In this document: piece by piece, positions 44,950 through 59,383 of the stretch
Layout of the letters: every line of letters begins with the position of its first letter
Position numbering within the stretch: the stretch's first letter is position 1
Origin: Eledone cirrhosa
Lineage: Eukaryota
NCBI GenBank assembly: GCA_964016885.1
Contig: OZ024740.1
Location: 401,760,001-401,824,000, forward strand
DNA length: 64,000 nucleotides
Reading direction: 5' to 3'
Made by a program: the position numbers and the translations under genes
The notes under the pieces: generated by a model
Databases searched by the model: none
Seen by the model: only the letters and a program-made list of their open reading frames with translations
What the model was told of the DNA's origin: nothing

Positions 44950-45600
44950 TCAGATTATAGGTTCAAAACCTAGTCGTGTTTTGGATACGGTGGCTCATTC
45001 TAGCGTGTGGTATTTATCCGAGATTTCTTGGAGGAATTTGTCCTGTCTTCGGGTATTTCAGCATAGTAATAATGAAGGAGGCTCAAGTTGTAGTGAAGTA
45101 GTTGTGTCGAATCATTGCTATGAAATACGATTTTGAATTGTTTAGCATGTGGATAGCACGGGGACCAAGCCTTTGATGGATTTTAAATATGATGCAGTAC
45201 AATGTGAGCAAAATTGATGGAATTTTTCCCACATCATACAGATGATCTTTCGCTCACAGCGGCTTTGGAGAGAGTAGAGTTAGTTTTTTTTTTCTTTTTT
45301 TTTCTGTAATTGACCTCTGGGGTGCTTTAATACTTTTTATCTTGCGAGGAGTGTGGCCAACTCTATTCAAATTGGGGCCGGGCAAAGGTAGTGGAATGTT
45401 GGAGGAGAATGTGAACATCTCTAAAGCGGAAAGTTTTGTGAATCCAGGAACACATCTACGAGTCGAAACAATTTCGGTTTGTTTGTGAAAACAATACCTT
45501 AGATTCATGTCAACAATTACTCCAACTTCTCTGGTGTTGTTTGATGACACGAGAGTTTCACCTGAGGGAAGACAATATAGCAACTTCAATGCATATTCTT
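44950..45600 (-). mobile_element. Decayed CR1/L2/Jockey-group LINE ORF2 C-terminal fragment
   Basis: Minus-strand peptide ETLVSSNNTREVGVIVDMNLRYCFH...PRKIKSIKAPQRSITEK, followed by LYSLQSR in another frame, matches the post-RT motifs vkdLGv.vD..L.f..H, iE.vQR.aTk and L.sLe.RR. Frameshifted. Confidence 0.65.
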
Positions 45601-45701
45601 TTCCAAAGTGGATAAATGCATATGGAGCTATTCATATAGACATGGCCTGGATAACACTGGCCGAAACTAATCAAAGGTATCAAAGTTATCAAAGTTATGA
45701 T

Positions 45702-45768
<67 letters not shown>

Positions 45769-46448
45769 GTATGTATATGTAAATATATATATATATATAT
45801 ATACGAGAATATATATATATTTACATATATATAGTTATACTTTAAGAATGTGCCCAGTTTCTGTGTAGTATAATGTATATCAATATGCGTTTTGCTGCTG
45901 ACATTCTATACAAACTTAATCTTTTAATGCTCTTGGATACAGGATATACGCAACATCCTCTTAAAACACTTTCTCTTACATTCTAATTCTTCTGAATTGT
46001 ATAGAAAAACTACTGCCCTATAATTTGTTTTTGGCATTGCTTAGAGCCGAGCCAATATTGATGAAATAGATAAGACGATTTTACATTTATTAAGATAGGA
46101 AATCCCATTTAAGTATCATAACATATAATTCGTAGAAAAGTAGAGATGTTGCAGCTAAATACCCTGCAGGCGTGAATTTGTAAGGTAACAAATTGACGGG
46201 TATAGAAACGTAGTCTGATTTTATTTTGTGTGTGTATGGGTGTGGGTGGGGGGTGGAGGGGATGGGGGTATGTTTTTTTTGTTTTTTTTTTGTTACTACT
46301 TTTAGCGTATATTGACCGACAACAGATTTTATATACGCAGTGAAATAACAGATTATATATCTGCATTAATGCTTACGGCCTAAGATATATATATACATAT
46401 ATATATATATACACACGGGTTAGTATTTGGCTTTAGTTTAAGGTAATA

Positions 46449-46480
<32 letters not shown>

Positions 46481-46483
46481 AAG

Positions 46484-46582
<99 letters not shown>

Positions 46583-46622
46583 TATATATATATATACACA
46601 CACAGACATATATATCTATATC

Positions 46623-46653
<31 letters not shown>

Positions 46654-46863
46654 GTTATATTTAATTTGTTGGGATACAACAAGCAAAATATGTTTATAAC
46701 TGATATAAAGCACTCAACAAATTATTGTAGTAAATATATAATATATTAACTAATGGAAACTACATTTTGTTGGCCCTTGAAATATGTATAATGAAATAAA
46801 TATGGTTTTATAAATATAGTTTCCATTTGTTAATATATTGTATATATATATATATATATATAC

Positions 46864-46950
<87 letters not shown>

Positions 46951-47620
46951 CTTAAACTAAAGCCAAATATTAACCCGTGTATACTCTGATCTTCATTCTA
47001 AGTTAATATATCAATTCACTATAGGTATTAAATATTCTGAACTCCCCAAACAAATGTTTACTCTGCAATTGCAAACACTGTAATTGAAAATAAATCTGAG
47101 ATCATATCCTACGGGATCCTGCCACATTCATCATAAAATGCATATTTTGATGATTTTCCTGTCATTTCCTCTAAAGCAGCTCGTGTGTACTCAAATAAAA
47201 CATGTGTATAAGCTGAAGTTTAAACTTGTGGCAGATAAGCATCCAATCCAGTCGGACTCGCTATTCTCTGGTGCCCCATGGAAACTAGATTCGAAAGAGC
47301 TGTAAGCATGTATGTATGCATGTGTGTATATATGTATGTGTGTATGTATGTATGTGTTTATGTATATATATATATAGATGTATGTGTATCCACATAAATG
47401 CAAACATAAGCACACATACACACACAAACACACAACACACACACATACATATACATATATACACACAAGTGTTCATTATGTCATTACCACAGCAGAGGTC
47501 CGATGAGCTCTTGATTCTAGAGTCTGGCCAGATCGATACAGATCGAACCATGAGCTGATCAATAGCGAAACGCGCATCAACATCAATAAACTTAGCGAAG
47601 ACATAACAAATCATCCTTTT

Positions 47621-47676
<56 letters not shown>

Positions 47677-47727
47677 AGATTCCTGATGATTTCTAATGAA
47701 TGAAACAGTTCTAGTCCTGTAGAATCT
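47677..47727 (+). ncRNA. Type I hammerhead ribozyme, intact core
   Basis: agattc CTGATGA tttctaatgaat GAAACAG ttctagtc CTGTA gaatct: 6-bp stem I, stem III ACAG/CUGU, GUA triplet. Confidence 0.8.
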
Positions 47728-47827
47728 CATCTATATTAAAACTGTTATACTCTGCTATTTATATATATATATATATATAATGAAATGACAGGAGACTGGA
47801 CTTGTGTAAATCCTTGAAAGGTTTATT

Positions 47828-47885
47828 ATACTATGATCATTTCAATGACCGGGTTCCGTATGAATGCGGTGATATCATCAGGTAT
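47828..47885 (-). ncRNA. Type I hammerhead
   Basis: Reverse complement: atac CTGATGA tatcaccg...cggtcatt GAAAT gatc ATA gtat; palindromic loop III GATC, stem I atac/gtat. Confidence 0.68.
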
Positions 47886-48082
47886 TCGAAATATAATAAG
47901 TGAATGTAATAGATAAAATCCATGGGGCTGAAAATCAAAGACCCGAGGACGACCGCCATCCAGCATCTTCCACCTTTGCCGGTCGCCGTCAAGTGACGTG
48001 GTTAAAGCTTATAGTGTGCTACTACCGGTCAAATAAAGGAAAATAGAAAGGGATAGGAACATAAGTCAGCGTTAATATCATG

Positions 48083-48156
<74 letters not shown>

Positions 48157-49880
48157 TGCTTGTGTGTCTGTGTGTGCATGTAAGTGTAACGATTAATTTG
48201 CTTACATATTTGGGCCGAGTCAGTAATGCAATTACAATATGTATTACCTTTGGTAGAGTGCTGGATATAGCAACACATCATTATATCTAGAATCTTACAA
48301 TTAGTTATACACCTAATTAACAATGAGACTAACTTTGATGTCTCTGTCGCGTATATCCAAAATATTAACAACCAAAGGGTGTGCGTGCGCATTTATGTAC
48401 GTCTATATAAATATACATATATATATACAAGTGGAAACTTAGTAAAATCGAAGAAAAATCGAAGTAAAATCGAATATATATATGCATATATATATATACA
48501 TATATATATATAATTATATATATATATATTATATAAATGAAAATAGAGAAATTAATGTGAGCATGAAGCCAATAGTATTTCATAATATATAATATATATT
48601 ATAATATATATATATGCATATATATATATATATACAGTATATGCATATATTATTTGTGTTATATTAGGTAAATTAATTTTCTAGTTCAAATTCACACACG
48701 TACAGTGACAATCAAATTTTTTATATATATACTTTTTCCTATTTCCCATTCTACTACTCTAAGTATTTAGTACTCTGGTGGATTGGCAGTATCGGTAAAG
48801 AGTCGGACACCATGCTTACCACCATAGTTACGTCCCTTTACAGTCTGAGTTCAAATCCCGCCGAGGTTTACTTTGCCTTTCATCCTTACGGGGTCGATAA
48901 AATAAAGTACCAGTAATACACTGGGTAATTGCTGGCCTTGTGCCTAAAGTAGAAACAATTATTCCATATATACGTATATAGACATATATTTATTTATATA
49001 CCAATCTACTATATATATACACACATAAATCTACAATCAATATATATATAGATAGATATATATATAGATATATATGCATATTTAAAACAGAGTATAATAT
49101 ATTCTTTTAGAATTTTAAGGATTTTACTCATCTTTGCTGTGATGCAATTGATCCTATAAACGCAAATAATTTTTTTTATCCAGTTACATATTGTAAAGTT
49201 TTATTTTTCACGTAACACTAAGTTACTGGATATAAATACAGACACAGATATCACACATACATGCATAAATATATCTCTGTACATATTGATATATATATTA
49301 TAAAATAATAGGAGACGTGTGTGTATATATAGGTATGGGTACATATTTATATATATAAACATATATTTCTGTCTGTCTTTATTTCTGTCTGTGTCTGTGG
49401 GTGAATGAAGTTGCAAATGAAAATATACAAATTATATCGTCACATCCCTATGGCGTGCAACTTACCATCAGAATGTTGTGATTTTAATTCTTGGCGGCTT
49501 AGACAATTTACTTTATTTCACATTGCTGCATTTCCCTCCATCAAATTACATAAGGAATATGTCTTATCTTCAACTACATTCTCAGGATGAGCTGGAGAGT
49601 CTTCGTCGGACCCGACGGCGATCCAACGTTACAGCTCTCATGTCTAAATATATATTCTATAAAATACTGGGAATTCTGTACATTTGGCTGCAACAGTAAA
49701 CCTTGACAGCACAGAGATTTCACTTCTATTACTAGCAATACGTGTGATTACATCAAGGGTCATTGATTCACATTAGATTGGTTTCAGTAATCAGTTGATC
49801 AGTTCATATACGTTTTACCTTGTAAGTTTAACAACTATAATATGACAAAAACACATATATTACATAAATACATTTGTACA

Positions 49881-49915
<35 letters not shown>

Positions 49916-50122
49916 ACCAACACAGACACACACAGACACACATATATATTTAATTCCCAAAGGATGTTTGTATCATATATTTATATATGTATATATACAC
50001 ACACACGCACGCACACACACACACACATACATACACACACATATATATATGTGTGTGTGTGAATATATATAGTTACCTTAAATAGCAATTACACAGCTTT
50101 TTTTATTCTCCATATATTTCAT

Positions 50123-50235
<113 letters not shown>

Positions 50236-50243
50236 ATATATAC

Positions 50244-50348
<105 letters not shown>

Positions 50349-50464
50349 AACTAAGTATGTAACTGGAGTTACAGTCTATTCGCCGTTCAAAGCATTAAGA
50401 CGATTGTAATAAGCTAATACATTTTATACGTGCTGAAAGAGTGATTTAGATCCCTACTAATATA

Positions 50465-50564
<100 letters not shown>

Positions 50565-50826
50565 TATACTTACGGCAAACATCAGAGATGCGTATGTAAT
50601 GCAGCAATCAGTGGATAATAATAAAATTCGATATAAGCACTCAACATATATTTTGGTTTCGGGCAAATATCATTTGACAACTAGTGACTAAGTATATAGA
50701 AAATAGATATCAGAAAGTCCTTTATTAAGAAACCTGTGATAAATATTTCATTGACGTTCATTGTTTCTTGATTGTTCAATCATACTACCAATCATAGCAC
50801 CAGCCAGCATCTTATTTTAAATATAC

Positions 50827-50910
<84 letters not shown>

Positions 50911-50981
50911 GGTGGTTCAGTAAATACGCGGTTTACTGGGGCGCGTAACAAAATCAGCACTATATGCTGTATATATTAACA

Positions 50982-51065
50982 AGTCTAATGACCGGGTCGG
51001 GCTAGAGTCGGTTCTATAGAATTAATATAGATCCTGAGCCACCCATCTGTGAAACAGTCGTAGCT
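50982..51065 (+). ncRNA. Degenerate hammerhead-like motif
   Basis: agt CTAATGA ccgggtcggg...tgt GAAAC agtc GTA gct, next to a long (TA)n tract. Confidence 0.4.
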
Positions 51066-51577
51066 GTGTATAAACAATAAAGACCTTAATGTGAAACCTC
51101 GCTTTGTTTTCATTATATACACACTCTCGCACACACATATACATAAACACACACTCACACACTCATATATATATATATATATATGTGTGTGTGTATATGT
51201 GTGTATATTTTAATGTATATATATATATATACAGATCTGAGAAAAACCACAGACCCTCCATCTCAACTCTACTTTTGAAAAGCAGAAGAACTGCGAAACC
51301 GGTAAAGGAACCGAATAAATATATATATTTGAAAAAAAAAATGAATCCAGTTGCATTTTCGATTTCATCTTTTTCCCTTATATATATATATATATAACTG
51401 GATCTACCAACTCATAATATTATAATATTATAAAATTAAATAAAAAAAAATTTTAACACTACAATTTAAGTCATTCTTTTCCTTTTTTTCAAATATACCT
51501 AACTTTACCAAGGATCTCACACATTTTCCAATATATATAAATATATATATATATGTAAATGTATATATATGTCTATG

Positions 51578-51645
<68 letters not shown>

Positions 51646-51704
51646 CATACGTGTATATACATATGTGTTTAAATAAATATACATATATACATATGTATAT
51701 ACAC

Positions 51705-51772
<68 letters not shown>

Positions 51773-52316
51773 ATGTGTGGGTGTGCATATATTTGGTAAA
51801 TAAGAGAAATCTTTCGACCGTAGCCAAGCAAATCTAATCTGTAATGGTGATAATTGAATATATACGATTATTTACTAGGTAAACCAGTTAGTAACACCCA
51901 GAAAAGTGTTGTTAGATTCTATACCTGATTAACAACAATGTTCCCAATATATTTAGCTTCACCACTTATCGCTATGTATGTATATGTTAGTGCGTATATG
52001 AGTATGCTTCAAAGTCTGAATCTACATGTATTTTCAGGTTTAATTTTTAGAACACTTCCGGGCTATTGTCTATCTTTTCTGAGTGTAAACTATAAGCGTG
52101 AACGTGTATACACTTAAACACGCACGTGTATGTATATCTCTATATTTGCATATACCTTATTTCTAAGGTATTGTGTGTGTCTTCATGTATTTGCGCATAT
52201 ATGTTTCTCATACCTATATGAGTAAGGAAAAATTTTAAATAGTATATTTTCTATTTATATATATATATTTATATATATATGGTCATTCGTTTCTAATCAC
52301 GTACCAATTCACACAA

Positions 52317-52383
<67 letters not shown>

Positions 52384-52622
52384 GGCATACATGCATAAAT
52401 ATATCAGTCTGCATGTGAATTGTATACTATAGATGAATTTGATACGTATTCAAATGTGTATTACCCCCAAGTTTGTAATTTTTTGAATAAAATATTACTT
52501 TTTGTATTATATTACCATTAATTCAGATTAATATATGCAAGCAAACACAGTTAGACACCTACTTGTACACATAGTGGTAACATAATAGAGAGTGAATATC
52601 AATATATATATATTTATATATG

Positions 52623-52700
<78 letters not shown>

Positions 52701-52824
52701 TATATATATATATATATATATTTCCTAATGTTTGTTGAGTGAGTTGGAAATTGGTCGGGGTATCGGTAATAACTTTCTTCGTTTATGTAATTATGTACAT
52801 ACATATATATATATACATATGTAC

Positions 52825-52857
<33 letters not shown>

Positions 52858-52907
52858 TATATTCATATATATATATATACGTATTTATATATATTTACAT
52901 ATATATG

Positions 52908-52962
<55 letters not shown>

Positions 52963-52982
52963 TTAAATGCATATGTATGTGT

Positions 52983-53066
<84 letters not shown>

Positions 53067-54002
53067 CCTATATTTCTATACATATCCATATGAACTAGGT
53101 ACGCCATAGCTATAACAGTTTGATAAGCTATTAACATCTCTCCCGTCTACACAACTGTCTCAGTCATTTGAACGTTGGTTCAGCTAAAATTGTGTATCCC
53201 TAGCACATAAGGGACCCCAAAATTTTAGACTGCTGACACTGACTTAATAATCTAAGTTTCTCTGAAAATAGATATTTTTTCCTGCCTAACACCCAGTGTT
53301 ATGCCTATATACACCTATTATAGCTTCAAACAGCATAAGACAGAGCAGTCTTAGTATATAAATTACATAAGGCATTGAGAACATTTATCATTTACTATAT
53401 ATATTGCAAGAAAGAGGTTTTTCTGAGCCGTGTAATATAATTGAATATAAAAGAGAGATAAACACAGATATAAACATATGTGTGTTCAAATCTTAAGGGA
53501 CCAGATTGGAACACATGTATTGTTATATCTGTGTTTATCTCTCTTTATATTCAGTTATATTACACGGCTCAGTAAAACCTCTTTCTTTGAGCTATTTAAT
53601 TGTAACAGACTATTTTGAGTTTCTAACTCAATATATACCTTTGATATATATATATATATATATGCATATCTGTGTGTGTGTGTGTATGTGTGTGTATGTA
53701 TACAAATATATATAAATATGTGTGTATGTATATATTTGTTTTCTATAGATATTATTTCTACAGCTAAAAACTGTTTCATTTGTATGAAACCGAATGAAAC
53801 AGTTTTAGTCCCGTAGAACTTATTTATATATACAATAAAGCTGCCTAAACTCTAACTTTGGTCACCTCTCAATATCAATCGGTAATCCACCCACAATGAT
53901 ATATATAATTATATATTTATGCATGTATATGTATATGTTTATGTTTTAGTGCTTGTATATGCTTTTGTGTGTGTATGTGTGTGATAGGTGTATGCTTCGT
54001 AC

Positions 54003-54058
<56 letters not shown>

Positions 54059-54097
54059 ATTCGATATGATTTACACACTCACGTACACACTGATACA

Positions 54098-54171
<74 letters not shown>

Positions 54172-54609
54172 CTCCTATATTATTTATTTATCTACTTATT
54201 TATGTAATGCCCGATTGTGTGCAAATATTAGTATATTAATTATTTATTTATATAATATCATTACTTATGATTTGTAACATTAATAATGCTGTAAGTAATT
54301 TTAAGTTATGACCATCGGTTTAAAAATATCATTAGCAACATAATTGTAGGAAAATATCACTGACTGAACAATAAATCATTGCAAATTCAACTGAAAGTTC
54401 ACCTGGCGATAACTAAACACAATATATTCCATAGAATGATCGCCAAGAATGACTTTTTGTGTTATGAGGGCAGCAAATATCTACATAATCTATATCATTT
54501 CCATGTCATATAATTTATATCATATCACATAATTTTATATTGCTATGAAATTATTAAAGTTTTTCTTATACAGGATAAAACCAAAAATGTTACGGATAGT
54601 TAAGAGCAA

Positions 54610-54706
54610 ATGGTGGGAGGAGAAACTATTAATATCGGCGTTAGCTTTTGGGTGATTCTTATTTTATCAATTGCCGGAGAATGTCAGAGTTGTGCACGCC
54701 AGAGAG
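54610..54706 (+). CDS. Candidate first coding exon of a small secreted protein (signal peptide-like)
   Basis: Acceptor ttttcttatacag|54574; ATG at 54610 gives MVGGETINIGVSFWVILILSIAGECQSCARQR; phase-1 donor AG|gtaacg at 54706/54707. Confidence 0.35.
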
Positions 54707-55119
54707 GTAACGGGACGTAACTAAATGACATTCAACTCGACTTTTTCCCAATTAACAACATTAGTCATTGTTTCTACTTTTGGCACAAGAGCAGCAATTT
54801 GATGTGGAGGCGCAAGGTTGTTTAATTCAATCACCGTGCGTTACTGGTACTTTAATTTATCGATCCTGTAATGATGGAAGGCAAAGCTAACTTCTGCGAG
54901 ATTTGAACTCAGAACATATAACTTCGTAATTATAATACCATAAATAACATTTTTAAAATATTATTATTATTAATAATAATAACAATAACAGTTGTTACTT
55001 TATTTGAATCTCACGACAGTGCATTAAAAAAAACAACATATTACAAAGGGGTTGCCGAACGTGTTGGGGTGTATACACAACTGCGTGCCTCTACACACTA
55101 ATACACCAACAAATACGCA

Positions 55120-55156
<37 letters not shown>

Positions 55157-56406
55157 ACACACACAGACACACACACACACACACATATATATAGTATGAG
55201 GTGTTGGGGAAATCGCAGGAAAGACAAGGAAAATTTGAATCAATAAAGATAAGTTTCACAGGATGAATACAAATATGGCAAACACTGACAACAAGGTTGT
55301 TACAACATGACATGGGCACTCGAACCTCATCCTACAAACAGAGCCATCTTCTAATCTGTCCGCTTTGAACCTCGTATTCCTGAAAGTGCCCGTGAGTCTC
55401 TCTTGTGTCCTGTGACGCTAAAAGCATCCCACATCTTGGCAGCGAATTTCAGAGGTTTATAGACAATCAGTGATATGTTATTAATAGTCTTTCATTCAAG
55501 TGTTCTATGCAGACCCTTCTCGGCTACATTTTGTTGCCTGTAATTTCGATGCTCAACAATTTTCTGTAAAAATATCCCTAACCGTAAACCACTTGTTTAG
55601 TTTTCCCATATGCCGTGGCAATAGCTGGCCGGTAGCTGTGAGGAACAACAATTCAACCATTTTCTTTTCGCTTCGTCTTTATTTTAATGGCCATATTCAT
55701 ACGTTCATAAGCCCTTTCCTAAAAGATAGAACATATATGTTGTAAGTTATATTAACAAGAGATTCCTCTAAAAGCTTTTCGAGTGCAATATGGAAGACAC
55801 GTTGGTATTTCCGGCAACTGAACTATTTTACAGTCTGGCTTGCAACACTAAAGTTTTACGGCTGTTGTATATACTTCAAACTTAAAAATGCACTTTCGCA
55901 ACTAATTTTCTTTTTACCTTGTCTGTCAAAGGGGCGAATATTTTCATCTAAAATTTGGTCATTTGTCATCAATTTTGTTTTTCTACTAGAATATGTTTAT
56001 ATCTATAAAGCTAACGCGAGGCGCATTCAATGATACCACCAATGGAGCTTACATCATTTCCCACTTCTCGGTGTTAGCCATCATGAAACACTAGTAATCA
56101 ATGTTTTAAGTATATATAATTACAATTCCTTATAACGATTCCCTTAGTTTTATTTAGTGTAATGTATTAGAGGCTCAAATGCTCTAAAGAACTTTGTTGA
56201 CACAATTTGAAGAAAAAATTCACAAAAAATGATCCAACATATAAACAAAGTAAAATCAATTTTATTTTATTAATCAGAAATTTATTTATTATTATTTTTA
56301 AGGGGAGGGTGGGGGGTTAATTACATGCTGATATCCATGACATAAAACAAATACATTATATATATATATACATTTTATACAAATATATATATATATATAT
56401 ATGTGG

Positions 56407-56447
<41 letters not shown>

Positions 56448-56776
56448 TATCTGTGTTTGTGTTTACATGCGTGCTTGGTCATACATAAGTTTAGGTGTAT
56501 ACATAAAGAAAACATTTTCTATTTTCTTTAAGATAAAAATGAGGTTATAAACGATTTGAATTCGTCGCATGAGTTGACGTCCTATAACCGTTTATTTGGA
56601 ACCTTTATGTATTGCTTGTGCGACATAGATGTTGGTGCCTCTCAATTTATAGATGTATTGGAGTATGTATGCCTGTAAATATATATCTATGTATATGTAT
56701 ATTTAGACATATGATTGCAAGTATATATGAATATATACATATTAGCGTATGCATAATATGTACACCGACTCACATA

Positions 56777-56814
<38 letters not shown>

Positions 56815-56863
56815 TAGATATATGACAGATGAAAATTGCAAACTTGACTGTCGCCACACATTA

Positions 56864-56902
56864 TGAACCTGAAGATTGCGAAAGCATGAAAGTACTTGTT
56901 CA
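56864..56902 (+). ncRNA. Minimal type I hammerhead ribozyme, intact core
   Basis: tgaac CTGAAGA ttgc gaaa gcat GAAAG ta CTT gttca: stem I tgaac/gttca, GAAA-capped stem II, palindromic AAGTACTT stem III, CUU cleavage triplet. Confidence 0.82.
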
Positions 56903-57017
56903 ATTAACACATAATATTTAATATTCTACCATACTATTTCATTCTAATACAATTATAAATTTTAAAGGATTGTAAATAAAACGAGTAAATCAGACAAAGT
57001 TGGAATTCCTTTTATTA

Positions 57018-57069
<52 letters not shown>

Positions 57070-57071
<2 letters not shown>

Positions 57072-57292
57072 CATCATCATCATCATTTCATTTTTACGTC
57101 CGCTTTTCCCTGCTTGCAAGGGTGGGACGGGAACTGATTCTGGCTTGATTTCTACAGCTGGATGCCCTTCCTAACACCAACCTCATTTACAGTGAGTGCT
57201 GGGTGCTTTTTTTGCCGTGGCACCTCCACGGCCACTTTGCAGTGTGGGCTGGGTGCTTTTTTGCCGTGGCACCTCCACGACCACTTTGCAGT
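57070..57292 (-). mobile_element. Retroposon 3' tail ending in (GAT)n, probably RTE-related; second copy at about 9275-9543
   Basis: (cat)n followed by tttacgtccgctttt...gatttctacagctggatgcccttcctaacaccaacctcatttacagtgagtg...acgaccactttgcagt is shared by both copies. Confidence 0.55.
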
Positions 57293-57319
57293 GGAATGAT
57301 AGGGACCCAGTCCCTATCA

Positions 57320-57572
<253 letters not shown>

Positions 57573-57614
57573 ATATATATTGAAAATTGCAAACTTGAGT
57601 GTCACAACTGAATC

Positions 57615-57653
57615 TGAACCTGAAGATTGCGAAAGCATGAAAGTACTTGTTCA
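57615..57653 (+). ncRNA. Minimal type I hammerhead ribozyme, identical to 56864-56902
   Basis: Same 39-nt motif inside the second copy of a ~190-bp direct repeat (about 56830-57020 and 57581-57770). Confidence 0.82.
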
Positions 57654-57932
57654 TTTAACACTTAACATTTAATATTCTACCATACTATTTCATTATAATA
57701 TCATTATAATTTTAAAGGATTGTAAATAAAACGAGTAAATCAGACAAAGTTGGAATTCCTTTTATTAATATATATATATACGTATATATACATATATACA
57801 CACACACACACACACACATATATATACATGTATATACATATATATACATATATATACATATATATATATATACATATATATACATATATATACATATATA
57901 TACATACATATACATATATATATATATATATG

Positions 57933-57977
<45 letters not shown>

Positions 57978-58199
57978 CGAAGGAAATGTGGTAAGGAACC
58001 AGGTGGACTATAACGCACCAAAGTACTCAATACTTAGGGTAGTAGAGTGGGTAATAGGAACGAGTAGGACCCCGACGGCCGAGCTCAAGCAGTTTCAACA
58101 GCTAATTCTGGACTCAGAATTAGCTGTCGAAACGGCTTGAGCTCGGCCGTCGTGGTCCTACTCGTTCCTATATATATATATATATATATATATAAATAC

Positions 58200-58235
<36 letters not shown>

Positions 58236-58604
58236 ATTTATATATATGAGTGCGTGTCTGTGAGTGTATTATATATATAATTATGTATATGTATGTATTA
58301 TATGTAAGTACACTTCTGAATACACAGGCGGTCACCGATAGAACACATTAGTTGGTTTCCATGCGAACTGTCCAATCTAAGGAAGGACAAGTCGCACTAA
58401 ATAAACATCAATGATATTAAAATAGTGACCCTCACTGGAGGTGACAGTTTCATCAATTCAGAATCACACTGTAGATGACAGGTGTGAGAGAATGAACTTA
58501 ATAAAATTATTTCGTTTGCTACAATAAGATAAAGAGGAAAATGAATATGATTCGGTATTGCCTAAATATTCTTGGCTTCGGAATTGTTTCTGTGTGGACG
58601 AACA

Positions 58605-58682
<78 letters not shown>

Positions 58683-58751
58683 TTGTGTGAATTTGCATTG
58701 GGATATTTTTCCTATGTACGTTGGTGTGTATGTATGTATATATGTGTATTC

Positions 58752-58886
<135 letters not shown>

Positions 58887-59317
58887 TATATAAATATATA
58901 TATATATATACATTGTGCCAATTCAAGAAATTAGTATTACTCGCAATTAGAAACAAAAACATAGTGCGTGAAAATGTCTCAACTTTATTCCATGTACGTA
59001 CGTGATTATATATACATATATATATATATTTATATATATATATATGTATATATAATCACGTACGTACATGGAATAAAGTTGAGACATTTTCACGCACTAT
59101 GTTTTTGTTTCTAATTGCTAGTAATACTAATTTCTTGTATTGGCACAAGGCCTGACAAGACATCTGTTTGTGGCGCGTGGAATATTTGATTTTTACGACC
59201 GCAATGCATGAATTTATCGAGCATTGATTTTTCGTTTCGCGTTCAAATTTTACTCTCTCAAATAATTTTGTCGATTTAATCTACTTTCTCCAATTACCTA
59301 TTTTCTATTTAAATTAG

Positions 59318-59383
59318 ATACAATTCTGTCAATTGTCTGGAATATTCAATGCAATGAACATATCACTGATACCAGTGTCAAAG
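59318..59383 (+). CDS. Candidate 66-nt symmetric phase-1 exon continuing the 54610 frame
   Basis: Pyrimidine-rich ttttctatttaaattag| then (D)TILSIVWNIQCNEHITDTSVK, ending AAG|gtagta. No stop in the required frame. Confidence 0.28.

Noticed and set aside
55500-55900. Possible decayed DNA-transposase fragment on the minus strand
   Set aside because: Only a vague resemblance in short broken frames; not supportable without a search.
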